Shown: positions 1 to 12,100, counted from the stretch's first letter. The stretch: 64,000 nt of DNA from Malacoraja senta (GCA_038087875.1 JAXLNO010000446.1:682001-746000), one strand, 5' to 3'. Program-made: numbers and translations. The notes: generated by a model from the letters alone, not told the origin.

Positions 1-36
<36 letters not shown>

Positions 37-133
37 TGTGTCTGTGTCTGTGTCTGTGTCTGTGTCTGTGTCTGTGTCTGTGTCTGTGTCTGTGTCTGTG
101 TCTGTGTCTGTGTCTGTGTCTGTGTCTGTGTCT

Positions 134-212
<79 letters not shown>

Positions 213-257
213 TGTGTCTGTCTGTGTGTGTGTCTGTGTCTGTGTGTGTGTGTGTCT

Positions 258-308
<51 letters not shown>

Positions 309-347
309 CGTGCGTGTGTGCGTGTGCGTGTGCGTGTGTGTGCGTGT

Positions 348-390
<43 letters not shown>

Positions 391-457
391 CGTGCGTGCG
401 TGTGTCTCTGTCTGTGTGTGTGTGTGTGTTTGTCTCTCTGTGTGTGTGTCTCTCTCT

Positions 458-506
<49 letters not shown>

Positions 507-605
507 TCTGTGTGTGTGTGTGTGTGTGTGTGTGCGTGCGTGCGTGCGTGTGTCTCTGTCTGTGTGTGTGTGTGTGTTTGTCTCTCTGTGTGTGTGTCTC
601 TCTCT

Positions 606-650
<45 letters not shown>

Positions 651-749
651 TCTGTGTGTGTGTGTGTGTGTGTGTGTGCGTGCGTGCGTGCGTGTGTCTC
701 TGTCTGTGTGTGTGTGTGTGTTTGTCTCTCTGTGTGTGTGTCTCTCTCT

Positions 750-798
<49 letters not shown>

Positions 799-870
799 TC
801 TGTGTGTGTGTGTGTGTGTGTGCGTGCGTGCGTGTGTGCGTGTGTGCGTGTGTGTGTGTCTCTCTCTCTG
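1..870. repeat. Compound (TG)n/(TCTGTG)n/(TGCG)n microsatellite in AGA intron 6
   Basis: Read directly from sequence. Confidence 0.99.
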
Positions 871-977
871 ATATTCAGCATGTTGCTACAATAGCAGTCA
901 ATCACAAATAATGCTTGACTTTATCGTCAATACTGGGAGTAACCAGGAAATCATCTTAGCTCAAATGTTAAATACTC

Positions 978-1337
978 GTTTAGTTTAGTTCAGAGATACA
1001 ACGTGGAAACAAACCCTTCGGCCCACCAAGTCCGCACCGACCATCAATCACCCGTTCACACTAGTTCTATGTTAACCCACTTTCTCATCCACTCCCTGCA
1101 CACCAGGGTCAAATTTTCAGCGGGCAGATTAACATGCAAACCCGCACGTCTCCTAATATTGATGTGATAAGGTGAACGTCTTTGGGATGTGGGAGAAAAC
1201 TGGAGCACCTGGAGGAAACCCACGCAGTCACAGAGAGAATGTACAAACTCCACACAGATAGCATCCGGGGTCAGGATTGAACCCGGGTCTCTGGCACTGC
1301 CAGGCAGCAGCTCTACCAGTGCGCCACTGTGCCGCCC
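978..1337 (-). mobile_element. tRNA-derived V-SINE (HE1-like). Other copies near 10615-10850(+), 10990-11148(-), 13031-13300(+), 20199-20480(+), 27020-27320(-), 28171-28925(+), 29220-29410(-), 29413-29690(+), 29696-29848(-), 36925-37200(-), 40735-41027(-), 46220-47228(-), 48166-48325(-), 52603-52905(-)
   Basis: tRNA-like head GGGCGGCACAGTGGCGC...GGTAGAG...CCCGGGTTCAATCC with A/B boxes, conserved central core, (TAAAC)n tail. Confidence 0.9.
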
Positions 1338-1466
1338 TGTAAATCCTTATGTTATGGAGAGGAACAGGGGTAAAGTAAGGAGAGGTAGTGAAAAGACTGA
1401 AAGAGACATAGGCAGATGAACATGTAGACACACAGATATATAGTTTTATGAAGCTTTAGATCATAC

Positions 1467-1876
1467 TCTTTCTTAGGCCCCCTTCGGTCGTGGGTGACCA
1501 TGGGTGTCTCCAGGGTTGGAGGACGCCTGTGTGTGACTTTGTTTAACGTGGGGAGACTGGTGCACAGACAGCCACCCCACGGTCCTTGACAGATCTGGGT
1601 CAGGATCCAGTGGCATGGAGTCCAAGACGACCGGAGACCCTTTTCTGCTGCAGCCTTCATCCGTCTTCCCAGCCATTGTGACGCTCCACTAAGGTCAGCC
1701 ATCGTCCTCCGCCTGTTCCACCCTTGAGGTCTTGGTTGGATTGCTCTTTGTCAGAGACCTCCCCCTCGACCTTACCGCCATGGGTGGCCCTACCAGGAGC
1801 ATAGCTTCAGACGGCATCGCTCTCAGGATCTCAGGTCCACACAAGCTTCTCCACCACGATAAGGTGACAATCCACG
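1467..1876 (-). mobile_element. About 410-bp non-autonomous RTE-derived retroposon
   Basis: 10-bp TSD TAGATCATAC (1457-1466 / 1877-1886). 5' end resembles RTE (Rex3/Expander) 5' UTRs. GAA-type tail. Second copy at 28429-28847. Confidence 0.8.
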
Positions 1877-1890
1877 TAGATCATACATAC

Positions 1891-1966
1891 CCAGAGATTT
1901 TATGGATCTGCCCATTGGTCGATGTTCCTGCTGCGATATTCCCAAACTTATCAATTGCAATTAAAC
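1891..1966 (-). CDS. AGA: AGA coding exon 6 (76 bp)
   Basis: (G)LIAIDKFGNIAAGTSTNGQIHKISG with the AAGTSTNG motif. CAG acceptor, GG|GTATGT donor. Not present in the ORF track. Confidence 0.95.
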
Positions 1967-2137
1967 CTGATTCAAAATCAGAAAATATATTAAATTATAC
2001 AGGAGATGCTGGGCTAACGCTTCTTAATATGCACAAAACACAGAGATATAGTCATCGAGCTGCAGCATAGAAACAGCTCCTCCAGCCCACCTTGTCCATG
2101 TCAACCAAGTTGGCAAACTGAGCTAGTTAGTTGGCAT

Positions 2138-2297
2138 GTTTAAGAAGGAACTGCAGATGCTGGAAAAATTGAAGGTAGACAAAAATGCTGGAGAAACTCA
2201 GCGGGCGAGGCAGCATCTATGGAGCGAAGGATAAGTGACGTTTCGGGTCGAGACCCTTCTTCAGACCCTTCTCCAGCATTTTTGTCTACCTTTCTTT
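2138..2297 (-). mobile_element. Penelope-derived mini-element with hammerhead-like core
   Basis: 14-bp TSD TAGTTAGTTGGCAT. Minus-strand CTGAAGAAGGGTCTCGACCCGAAACGTC. Short inverted segment at its 5' end. Confidence 0.75.
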
Positions 2298-3679
2298 TAG
2301 TTAGTTGGCATAATGGGTTCCTAGATGGCACCCAACCCAGGCGACTATTTGTGCACTAGCCACAGAAGCAGATCTACAACCACACATTACAATCGCTCCA
2401 CATGCGTAAATCTCTACTACACTTTACCTCATCGGGGACCCTCGGACTATCTTTGATCAGACTTCACTGGCTTTACCTTGCACAAATCGACATTCCCTTA
2501 TAGGCAATAGACAACAGGTGCAGGAGTAGGCCATTCGAGCCAGCATCGCCATTCAATGTGATCGTGGCTGATCATCCCCAATCAGTACCCCGTTCCTGCC
2601 TTCTCCCCATCCCGACTCCGCTATTTTTAAGAGCCCTATCTAGCTCTCTCTTGAAAGCATCCAGAGAACCGGCCTCCACCGCCCTCTGAGGCAGAGAATT
2701 CCACAGATTCACAACTCTCTGTGTGAATCATGTTTTTATACACTGTGAATGGCTCGATTGTAATCATGGGTTGTCTTTCCACTGGCTGGTTAGCACGCAA
2801 CAAAAGCTTTTCACTGTACCTCGGTACACGTGACAATAAACTAAATGGAACTGAACTAGTCCCATTTCTGTGCATTTGGCACATGTCCTCCAAAACTCTT
2901 CCTATCGATATATCTGTCCAAATTTCTTCTAAAAGTCATAATTGTACCCGCTTCTATAGCTTCCTCTGGCAGCTTATTCTAGACACAAAAACTGCAGTAA
3001 CTCAGCGGGTCGGGCAGCACCTCTGGAGAAAGGGATTTGAGATGTTTGGAGTCGAGACCCTTGAACTAACATCTGCAGTTTCTCCCTTTACAGCCTCTGA
3101 GTGAAAATGTTGCCCCCGAGGTCCTTCTTAAAACTCTCCCCTCTGACCTTTAACCTGTGCCCTCTAGCTTTATTTCAGTTTAGCTCAGTTTCAGTTCAAG
3201 TTATTGTCACGTGTACTAAGGAATAGTAAAAAGCTTTTGTTGCGTGCTAACCAATCAGCGGAAAGACAATCTATATAATTAAAAGTCTCATCTTGACCAC
3301 TTCCTGTTTGTACTATGCTTTGATTTTAGAAAAAATGCTACCACATATGGCTGTGATTTTTTGGCCATCTTACTCAGTCCTCCTCCGCTGTGCAGGCCCG
3401 GAGGATTTTTCCCATCGATGAAAAATAAAAGACTTATTAGTGTTTAAAAAATCTTGAGATTCTCTCTCCTGTTAGTCACCGCCATAAAGGCCACGCCCCT
3501 TCTGGTGGGAGGGGGAGGGACTATAAAACCCAGAAGTGTGGGCGTGGCTCAGTCTGTCTTCAAGATGGTGAGGGAGAGGTCACGACTCTGTCTGAGCTGG
3601 GAAACTACAGAACACTGTGAGTATGCAATGTACTTGAATAAATGATTTGCTAGCCCTTAATGAAAATGAAATGAGTTAT

Positions 3680-4248
3680 ACAATACAATACAATACAATT
3701 TTATTCGTCACATTGCACATAAAGTGTAAGTGAAATGAATTTGCCAGCAGCGGTACAATAATAAAGAACAAACAATACACAATAAAAATTTAACACAAAC
3801 ATCCACCACAGCATTCATCACTGTGGTGGAAGGCACAAAATTTGGCCAGTCCTCCTCCATTTTCCCCCGTGGTCGGGACCTCAACCCTCCGCAGCTGTTG
3901 CTGCGGGCGTCCAAAGTGCAGACAAGTAAAAGTCCAGGTAAGTCCAGAGTCGGCTCTTCCCTACCGGAGACCGCGGCTTTAGGTTGGTGTTAGCCGCAGA
4001 CCGGCGGTCGAAGATTTAAAGTCCCCGCCGCGCCGCAGCCAGAAGCACCGCAGACGTGCAGTGCCGGCAGTCGAAGCTCCCCTCCAGGGGTGATGGTAAG
4101 TCCACGCCGGGCCCGCGGTAGAAGTAGGCCGCGGGCCGGCAGTGGTGGCTTCTTCTTCTCCCGGGTTCTCCACGAGGGATCCCAGACTGCGGATGCCGTG
4201 CCAGCTGGAGCTCTGCAGACCGTGGCTTCCGGCTGCCGGCCAGCAAAA
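3680..4248 (-). mobile_element. GC-rich non-autonomous retroposon with (ATTGT)n tail. Relatives near 38670-38870(-), 50195-51000(-), 59250-59880 plus 62876-63000(+)
   Basis: Shared 3' region (CACCACAGTGATGAATGCTGTGGTGGATGTT...AATAAA plus short tandem tail). Family not identified. Confidence 0.6.
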
Positions 4249-4626
4249 TTTGGCCTGCCCTGTGCTTGAAAGTGCAATGGCAATTGAAATGAAGTGAAAA
4301 TCCAATCAGCTGTTTGGCTTGAGCCTGCCCTGTGCTTGAAAGTGCAATGGCAATGAAAATGAATTGAAAATGCAATCAGCTGTTTGGCTTGAGCCTGCCC
4401 TGCGCTTGAAACTGCAATGGCAATGGAAATGAAGTAAAAATGCAATCAGCTGTTTGGCTTGAGCCTGCCCTGTACTTGAAAGTGCAATGTCAATGGAAAT
4501 TAAGTGAAAATGCAATCAGCTGTTTGGCTTGGCCTGCCCTGTGCTTGAAACTGCAATGGCAATGGAAGTGAAATGAAAATGCAATGAGCTATTCGGCCTG
4601 CCCTGTGCTTGAAACTGCAATGCAAT
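4249..4626. repeat. 70-bp minisatellite, about 5.5 units, inside the Helitron
   Basis: CCTGCCC recurs ending at 4260, 4330, 4400, 4470. Same array at about 57610-58020. Confidence 0.95.
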
Positions 4627-7600
4627 TGTAAATATTTAATATTTAAAAAAAGGAGAGCAGTGTAATGTATTCATGCATACTCATGTATATATTAATGAGA
4701 TGGTGTTGTATATAAGTAGGGAATGTTGGGTAATAAATCTCTCTCGTGATCCAGGCAGCCTGTGTGTAAGTTGTTATTCATTCTGCTGTCCGGAATATAA
4801 CAAAATTGGCGACAAGAATGGGATAGAGTTTGTGAACTCATACTTTAAATACAGTGCAGGACTGTTTTGCAACATGCAGTATTGTTTAACATTTTAAACA
4901 ATAAATACGGAGTTATGTCGCAGTTGTTTGCGAGCTGGACTCGAGAGGCCGCAGATCCTTCTATGCAGGGGACTGTAGTTTAAAACAGCAGCTGGTCAAA
5001 TCATCGAGAGTTTGTCAGGCTATCTCTATGTTGTGTCTACGTGGCAAGATGTCGTCCTTGGGATTGTTTCACATTTTAGACTGAGTTTTTTTTGGTGTCG
5101 ACTTCCTCAAGCTGAATAGCTTTTGTACAGCTAGGTTTTAGGGGAATTGTTACACCAGAACAGACAGGAATTCAGGGTTTTTGAATGGACTTTAAAAAAT
5201 AAACAAAGAGAACGACACGATGGCAGCGTCCAGGGGCTACATCGGAAACCTTGGCACTTTTGACAAGAGTAGAGAGCCGTTCAGCTCCTATATGGAGAGA
5301 GCAAACATGTTTTTCACGGCAAACAATATATTGGAGATTAGTGGTGAAGGAGAGATAGTGACTGAAACAAATAAGGCCGTTTGCGAACGCATGAAAGCAA
5401 TTCTGCTCACGGAGATCGGTCCTGACGTGTACGGCACACTCGTGAATCTCCTTGCACCCTTAAAGACAAAAGACGTGCCATTCAGTGACATTATAAAGAG
5501 GTTGGAGGAGCACTTCAACCCAAAGCCTCTGGAAATTGCAGAAAGCTATAAATTTGGCACTAGAAACCAGAAGCAGAATGAGACAATCGATGAGTACATT
5601 GTTGCCTTGAAAAACTTAACTGTGCACTGTATCTTTGGAACCTTTCTTGGACGCGCACTACGTGACAGATTTGTTTGTGGTCCAGTGGATGAACAAATTC
5701 AGTCCAAACTCATGAAAACTCCAGATCTTACATTTGAGAAAGCGTGCAAGATTGCTACCACAATGGAGATGGCATCAAAGAATGCTCGCGAGTTTCGCCC
5801 ACCACAGACTGCAGTGGGCGTTTAGTCACAAGGCAGTGCCTATGGCCAAACCTAGAGGTGTTAAACCAAAACCAAAGTGTGGTGGGAGCCGAGTTCAGCC
5901 AGTTGTTATCATTGCAACGGTAATCACTCCTCCCAATTTTGTCAGTTCAAAATGGCCAAGTGCTATAACTGCTAGAAGAAAGGCCATATCGCCTCAGCAT
6001 GTCGGGCCAAGCTTAAAAACAGGAAACCAACAATCTGCGGGAATCAAGCAACAACACCAGAGAGGAGTTCACAACTTGGAGGTGAACCCAGATAGAAATT
6101 AACTTGGGTTGTACACCATTTATGCAACCAACATCGATAAGCCTACAACCAGCCAAGCCAAGGACTTTTGAACTAAACTATTGATTAATGAACAGTTAAT
6201 CGATATGTGTATTGACACGGCAGCAGATTGTTCAGTCATGAGCAGAGACCTGTACGTAACAAAGTTCCCACAGATACCATTGTTTGAGAGTAAGGTCAAG
6301 CTGAGAACCTACTCGGGCAAAGTTTTGGAGACTTGTGGACAAATGAACTGTAAAGTTCAGCATAATGGTCAGACAGTAACACTGCCCATCATAGTGGCCA
6401 GCTACAGAAATAAACCAACCCTCCTTGGAAAGGATTGGCTGAGCAGAATAGAGTTAGACTGGAAGAATATTTTCAGTGTTGATTTGTCCAAATCACGTCT
6501 TGAAAACGTCATAAGCAAACATGCAAACATTTCTGCTGACAGTTACACGGGAATAACAGGGTACTCTGCACACATTTTACTTAAGCAAGATGTGAAACCT
6601 GTGTAATTGTCGACCAAGACCTGTACCATATGCACTAAAGCAACAAGTGGAGGTAGAACTCGACAGGTTAGAACGGAATGGAGTACTCGTGAAGACAGAC
6701 CAGAGTAACTGGGACGCCAATTTTGGCCAGTCCAAGGCTGACAAAACTGTTTGACTATGTGGTGATTACAAAGTCACAATCAACCAAGCCTTTGATGACG
6801 AACAATATCCGTTACCAACCTCGCAAGATCTGTACGCAGAACTTAGCGGAGCAAGTCTTTACTAAACTGGATTTATCTCACGCTTATGCCCAACTCAATG
6901 TCGATAAGGAAAGTCAGCAGTACTTGACTATCAACACACATAAGGACTTGTATTCATATACAAAGCTGCCCTATGATGTGAAATCCTCCACGAACATTTT
7001 CCAGTCTGTCATGGACCAAATATTACAAGGCATTTCCGCACTGTGTGTGCAACCAGGATGGCCTACTGATATTCACAGAGGGCATGGTAGAACAGCTGGA
7101 AATCCTCGAGCAAGTTCTCACACGACTGAAATGTGATTCCTCCTAATAGATAAATCAGACCAATTCTTAACGAGTTGGTCTCCATTTGTCGTCTTTTTGG
7201 AATCATATGGTGCAACACAATTGTAGAAGCTAACTGTTCCAGGACTGGGTGAGGGATGGTCAAGATTATAAATAATGATCTCCTTACTTTTCTTTTTTTA
7301 TTTTCTACTCTCTTTTTTCTATTTTCTTTTCTTCAATTTTCTTCTTTCACTCTTTTTTTTTCTTTTTCACACACTATATATCTCACGTTTTTCTATCTTT
7401 TACTACTATCTTTTTCTTATTCTTCTTTATCATAATAAAAATAATAAGCTGTACATAAAATGTATTATGTCATTATATATAAGGCACTTTGGTGCCATAT
7501 GATTGTACTTACTTCTAATAAAATGAAAATATTTAAAAAAACGACCACAATGTCAACATTTGCGCAGTCAGAGGTGGTCTACCTTGGACTCAAAGTAGAC

Positions 7601-8180
7601 GCCAACGAACTTCACCCTGTGAAGACGAAAGTGGAAGCAATAGTGAATGCTCCAAAACCCAACAATGTGTCAGAGCTACGATCATGTTCCGTTTTTGGTT
7701 CATCTTTGGCTGGAATCCTTTGATCAACATAAACACTTTTGATCCTATCTCCAACTTCAACTAAGTATCTTTTTCTTCCACTATTTTCCCAACATCCCAT
7801 TTGTCTCGACTGGACTTGTTGGGAGGACTGAGAACACGAACCTGCTCATCTGGCTTGAAGTTCCTCTCCTTTTTGTGGGAGTCAAAATGGCGTTTTTGAA
7901 TTAACTGTTTTTGTTCAACTCTCAAAGCCAAATTGGGGTTGAACTAGAGTTAGGCGTATCTTAGCCTTCTCTTCATCAACAGTTCTGCAGGTGAGTAACC
8001 CGTTGTTGTGTGTTGTGTGGTTCTGTACTTCAGCAAGAAACTAGCCAAACGATGTTTCATGCTGAGCTTTGAACTACCCTGTAAAACCTGTTTTCATGAG
8101 AGCATCTTTGACTATTCAAACCGACCTTTCCGCTGCCCCGTTGGAGGCTGGATGGTATGGGGGAACAACGGAATATAACA
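4627..8180 (+). mobile_element. Decayed, rearranged Ty3/Gypsy LTR retrotransposon
   Basis: 5' LTR TG...CA at 4627-4802, PBS TGGCGAC at 4807, gag 5220-6100 (LRDRFVCG, CCHC knuckles), protease IDTAADCS, RT KLDLSHAYAQL. Integrase fragment on the opposite strand at 7690-8168. Stops and frameshifts throughout. Confidence 0.92.
7135..7540 (+). mobile_element. L1/Tx1-like LINE 3' end inserted in the Gypsy RT
   Basis: FLLIDKSDQFLTSWSPFVVFLESY resembles an L1-clade ORF2 C-terminus. T-rich 3' UTR, AATAAA and A-rich tail. Confidence 0.65.
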
Positions 8181-8647
8181 GAAATGAAATGAGTTGTTTG
8201 GCCTGCCTGAAACCACTAATTTCGGCCCACAAGGCCCCTATTAGCCGAGAAACCAGTCCCCTTTTCCCAAAATGCCCGTATTAGCCCAGGAGGAGCATTT
8301 TGGCCCAAAAGCCCATGCCAGGCTGAAAAGTCCAGAAAAAGTGCCTTTCACTCAGATTTCACTCAGATTTTTTTAAGAGCCCCTTCGGCCATCAGGCCTG
8401 TACTAGCCCAGGAGTCACTTCGGCCCATCAGTAAGTATTCCCCCTGCAAGTATTAAACCTCACCCCAGTATTTTTCTCCCTCCCTTCATTTGCTCCCTGT
8501 GAGATCCAAGCCAGGATAGTCTTTCCTCCTTCATTGCTGTGACCTGCAGAAAAAGATTAAAAATGTCTAAAATTGATTGTCCACCCTCTCCCCCTTCTCT
8601 CTCACACAGAGTCTCTCACCTGTTTTGGGCAGAATTTCTGGCAGTTT

Positions 8648-8872
8648 CTGAGCTGCCAGCCCACCAGGCCTGAGTGACTGAGCTGCCAGCCCACCAGGCC
8701 TGAGTGACTGAGCTGCCAGCCCACCAGGCCTGAGTGACTGAGCTGCCAGCCCACCAGGCCTGAGTGACTGAGCTGCCAGCCCACCAGGCCTGAGTGACTG
8801 AGCTGCCAGCCCACCAGGCCTGATTGACTGAGCTGCCACCCCACCAGGCCTGAGTGACTGAGCTGCCAGCCC
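8648..8872. repeat. 30-bp minisatellite, about 7.5 units, inside the Helitron
   Basis: Tandem AGCTGCCAGCCCACCAGGCCTGAGTGACTG copies. Confidence 0.97.
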
Positions 8873-9231
8873 AAGAATCCCTTCGGCCCACGACACCCAT
8901 AATAGCGCTCCAGAAAGCCCCCCCCCCCCACTGGCCAGTAATATTGGAATTGGTGGAGCGGTGGAATATTGCGTTGGGGGACCAGACCAACGAGTTCCAC
9001 TTTGTCTAGTAGACTATTATAATTGAGTAATTCGCCGTGTACAGATACATGATCAGGGAATAACTTTTAGTGCAAGATAAAGCAAGTATGGAATCCACTA
9101 CCCTGGGGAAAGACTGTGAACATTCACTTTATCCATAACCCCTCTAGATCTTGTTCACCTCAATAAGGTCACCCATCAGACTCCTAAGCTCCAAATAATA
9201 AAGTCGCTTTCAATCTGAGAGAAGCACTCAC

Positions 9232-9349
9232 CGATTGTGTCATGGTTGTGGATGTTAGCTCGGTATGCCGACACTCTGTGCTCTCTTGACCCAAGCCCTT
9301 TGATTGGTTTATATGGTCCACAAGTTGTCTCAGGATTTGGGAAAACATT
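9232..9349 (-). CDS. AGA: AGA coding exon 5 (118 bp), with the HDT autoproteolysis/catalytic Thr motif
   Basis: NVFPNPETTCGPYKPIKGLGSREHRVSAYRANIHNHDTIG. Acceptor TTTTTCACAG, donor G|GTGAGT. Confidence 0.96.
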
Positions 9350-9403
9350 CTGTGAAAAATCAGTCAATTTCTCAATCAGTCGTTAAACATGGAACAGCTG
9401 TTA

Positions 9404-9957
9404 TTCAAGATTCAAGAGACTTTATTGTCGTGTGTCCCAGATAGGACAATGAAATTCTTGCTTTGCTTCAGCACAACAGAATATAGTAGGCATAAATAAA
9501 TACAGAACAGATCAGTGTTACTATTGTATATATATATATATATATATACACACACATAATCAGATAAAGTGCAATGGGCTGTTAATGTTCAGAGTTTTGT
9601 TTGAGTTGAGTTTAATAGCCTGATGGCTGTGGGGAAGTAGCTATTCCTGAACCTGGATGTTGCAGATTTCAGGCTCCTGTACCTTCTACCTGAAGGTAGC
9701 GGGGAGATGAGTGTGTGGCCAGGATGATACTGCCAGCCTTTTTGAGGCAGCGACTGTAATAGATCCCCCTCGATGGTAGGGAGGTCAGAGCTGATGATGG
9801 ACTGGGCAGTGTTGACAACTTTTTGCAGTCTTTTCCGCTCCTGAGCGCTCAAGTTGCCGAACCAAGCCACGATGCAACCGGTCGGTCAGCATGCTCTCTA
9901 CTGCGCACCTGTAAAGGTTCGAGAGAGTCCTCCTTGACAAACCGACTCTCCGTAATC
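9404..9957 (-). mobile_element. Rex1/Babar LINE 3' fragment
   Basis: WFGNLSAQERKRLQKVV...PSGRRYRSLK...RFRNSYFPTAIRLLN. Matches the 3' end of 59881-62875. Confidence 0.85.
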
Positions 9958-11340
9958 AGTGGATTCTCTGATGCAGGTGAGTTAAAAATACTGTGTTTCA
10001 CTATTTGTTGTTGTGCCGTTCGCAAAATGTCGCCGCACGTGGGCGCCATCTTAAACCAACATTTGTATCAGGCAACTGAACCATCCTACCACAACTAGAG
10101 AGCAGTGCTGAACTACTGTCTACGTCATTGGTGACCCTCGGACTATCCTTGATCAGATCTTACTGGCTTTACCTTGCACTAAACGATATTCCCTTATCAT
10201 GTACCTGTCACAGTCTAAGAATAAAGGGTAGGACATTTAAAACAGAGATGAGAAAAAACGTTTTCACCCAGAGAGTTGTGAATTTGTGGAATTCTCTGCC
10301 ACAGAAGGCAGTGGAGGCCAATTAACTGGATGCATTTAACAGAGAGTTAGAGCTCTAGGGGCTAGCGGAATCAAGGGATATGGGGAGAAGGCAGGCACGG
10401 GTTACTGATTGTGGATGATCAGCCATGATCACAATGAATGGCGGTGCTGGCTCGAAGGGCCAAATGGCCTCCTCCTGCACCTATTTTCTATGTTTCTACT
10501 GTAAATGGCTCGATTGAAATCATGTATTGTATTTCCGCTGTCTGGTTAGCACGCAACAAAAGCTTTTCACTGTACCTCGGTACACGTGACGATAAACTAA
10601 ACTAAACTGAACTGGGTGGCACAGTGGCGCAAAGTTAGAGTTGCACCCTCACAGCGCCAGAGACCCAGATTGGATCCTGACTACGGGTGCTGTCTGTACG
10701 GACTTTGTACGTTCTTCCCGTGACCTGCGTGGGTTTTCTCAGTTTACTCCCACATTCCCAAGACGTACAGGTTTACAGGTTAATTGGCTTTGGTAAATTG
10801 TAAAAATTATTCCCAGTGTGGGTAGGTTAGTGCACAGGGTGATCGCTAGTTCATAACTGGTAGGAGCTGAATTAGGCCATTCGGCCCATCAAGTCCACTC
10901 CGCCATTCAATCTGATCTATCTCTTCCCTCCTAACCTCATTCTCCTGCCTTCTCCCCATAACCCATGAGACTATACTAATAAAGAATGTATCTTTTGGAA
11001 TGTGGGTAGAAACCGGAGCACCCGGAGAAAACCCACACAGGTCACGGGGAGAACGTACAAACTCCGTATAGACAGCACCTGTAGTCAGGATGGAACCCGG
11101 GTCTCTGGCGCTCTGGGGCAGCAACTCTACCGCTGAGCCACCGTGCCACCAATATTATTCTGGATTTTCATCATTTAAAAATATTCAATTTTATATTTCT
11201 ATTAAACGAACAACCGGTGTAGACTCGGTGGGCCGAAGGGCCTATCCCTGACGGGCAGACTCTCCCACAGGTGAGGTTGTCTCTGGCTGTTGGATTAGCG
11301 TGTGTTGCCGTTGTCCATTATGTGGTGTTGGCGCCTAGTC

Positions 11341-12100
11341 AATAGACAATAGACAATAGGTGCAGGAGTAGGCCATTTGGCCCTTCGAGCCATCACTGCC
11401 ATTCACTGTGATCATGGCTGATCATCCCCAATCAGTACCCCGTTCCTGCCTTCTCCCCATATCCCCTGACTCCGCTATTTTTAAGAGCCCTATCTAGCTC
11501 TTTCTTGAAAGCATCCAGAGAATCTGCCTCTGCCGCCCTCTGAGGCAGAGAATTCCACACTCACCACTCTCTGTGAGAAAAGTGTTTCCTTGTCTCCGTT
11601 CTAAATGGCTTACCCCTAATTCTTAAACTGTTCTATTCCTGGTTCCGGACTCCCCCAACATCGGGAACATGTTTCCTGCCTCTAGCGTGTACAAGCCCTG
11701 AACAATCTTATATGATTCAAAGAGATCCCCTCTTATCCTTCTAAACTCCAGAGTGTACAAGCCCAGCTTCTCCATTCTCTCAGCATATGACAGTCCCGCC
11801 ATCCCGGGAATTAACCTTGTAAACCTACGCTGCACTCCCTCAATAGCAAGAATGTCCTTCCTCAAATTAGGAGACCAAAACTGCACACAATACTCCAGGT
11901 GTGGTCTCACTAGGGCTCTGTACAACTGCAGAAGGACCTCTTTGCTCCTATATTCGATTCCTCTTGTTATAAAGGCCAACATGCCATTCGCTTTCTTCAC
12001 TGCCTGCTGTACCTGCATGCTTACTTTCATAGACTGATGTACAAGGACCCCCAGATCCCGTTGTACTTCCCCTTTTCCAACTTGACGCCATTTAGATAGT
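11341..12100 (-). mobile_element. CR1 (HER1-type) LINE 3' fragment. Further fragments near 2500-2725, 10209-10498, 16470-17087, 20780-21005, 22710-22920, 25548-25775, 30290-30495, 31012-31715, 33600-33880, 41528-41742, 42100-42560, 43128-43430, 45078-45545, 49860-50195, 51000-51295, 51957-52340, 53285-53650, 54640-55300
   Basis: LYRALVRPHLEYCVQFWSP, RTRGHSLRI, FFTQRVV motifs. (ATTGTCT)n or (TCTATGTT)n tails. Confidence 0.92.

Larger units (their letters stand above)
3270..9009 (+). mobile_element. Non-autonomous Helitron, interrupted by a SINE-like element and a Gypsy derivative, in AGA intron 5
   Basis: Starts TC and ends CTAG. Sits between host A3269 and T9010 with no TSD, and the split host repeat rejoins (GAAAGACAA|T...). 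Uninterrupted sister copy at 57190-58719. Confidence 0.85.

Noticed and set aside
2..911. About 300-aa Cys/Val ORFs in three frames
   Set aside because: Translations of a (TG)n microsatellite, which lacks stop codons.
8567..9000. 10-aa repeat ORFs
   Set aside because: 30-bp minisatellite inside a Helitron.
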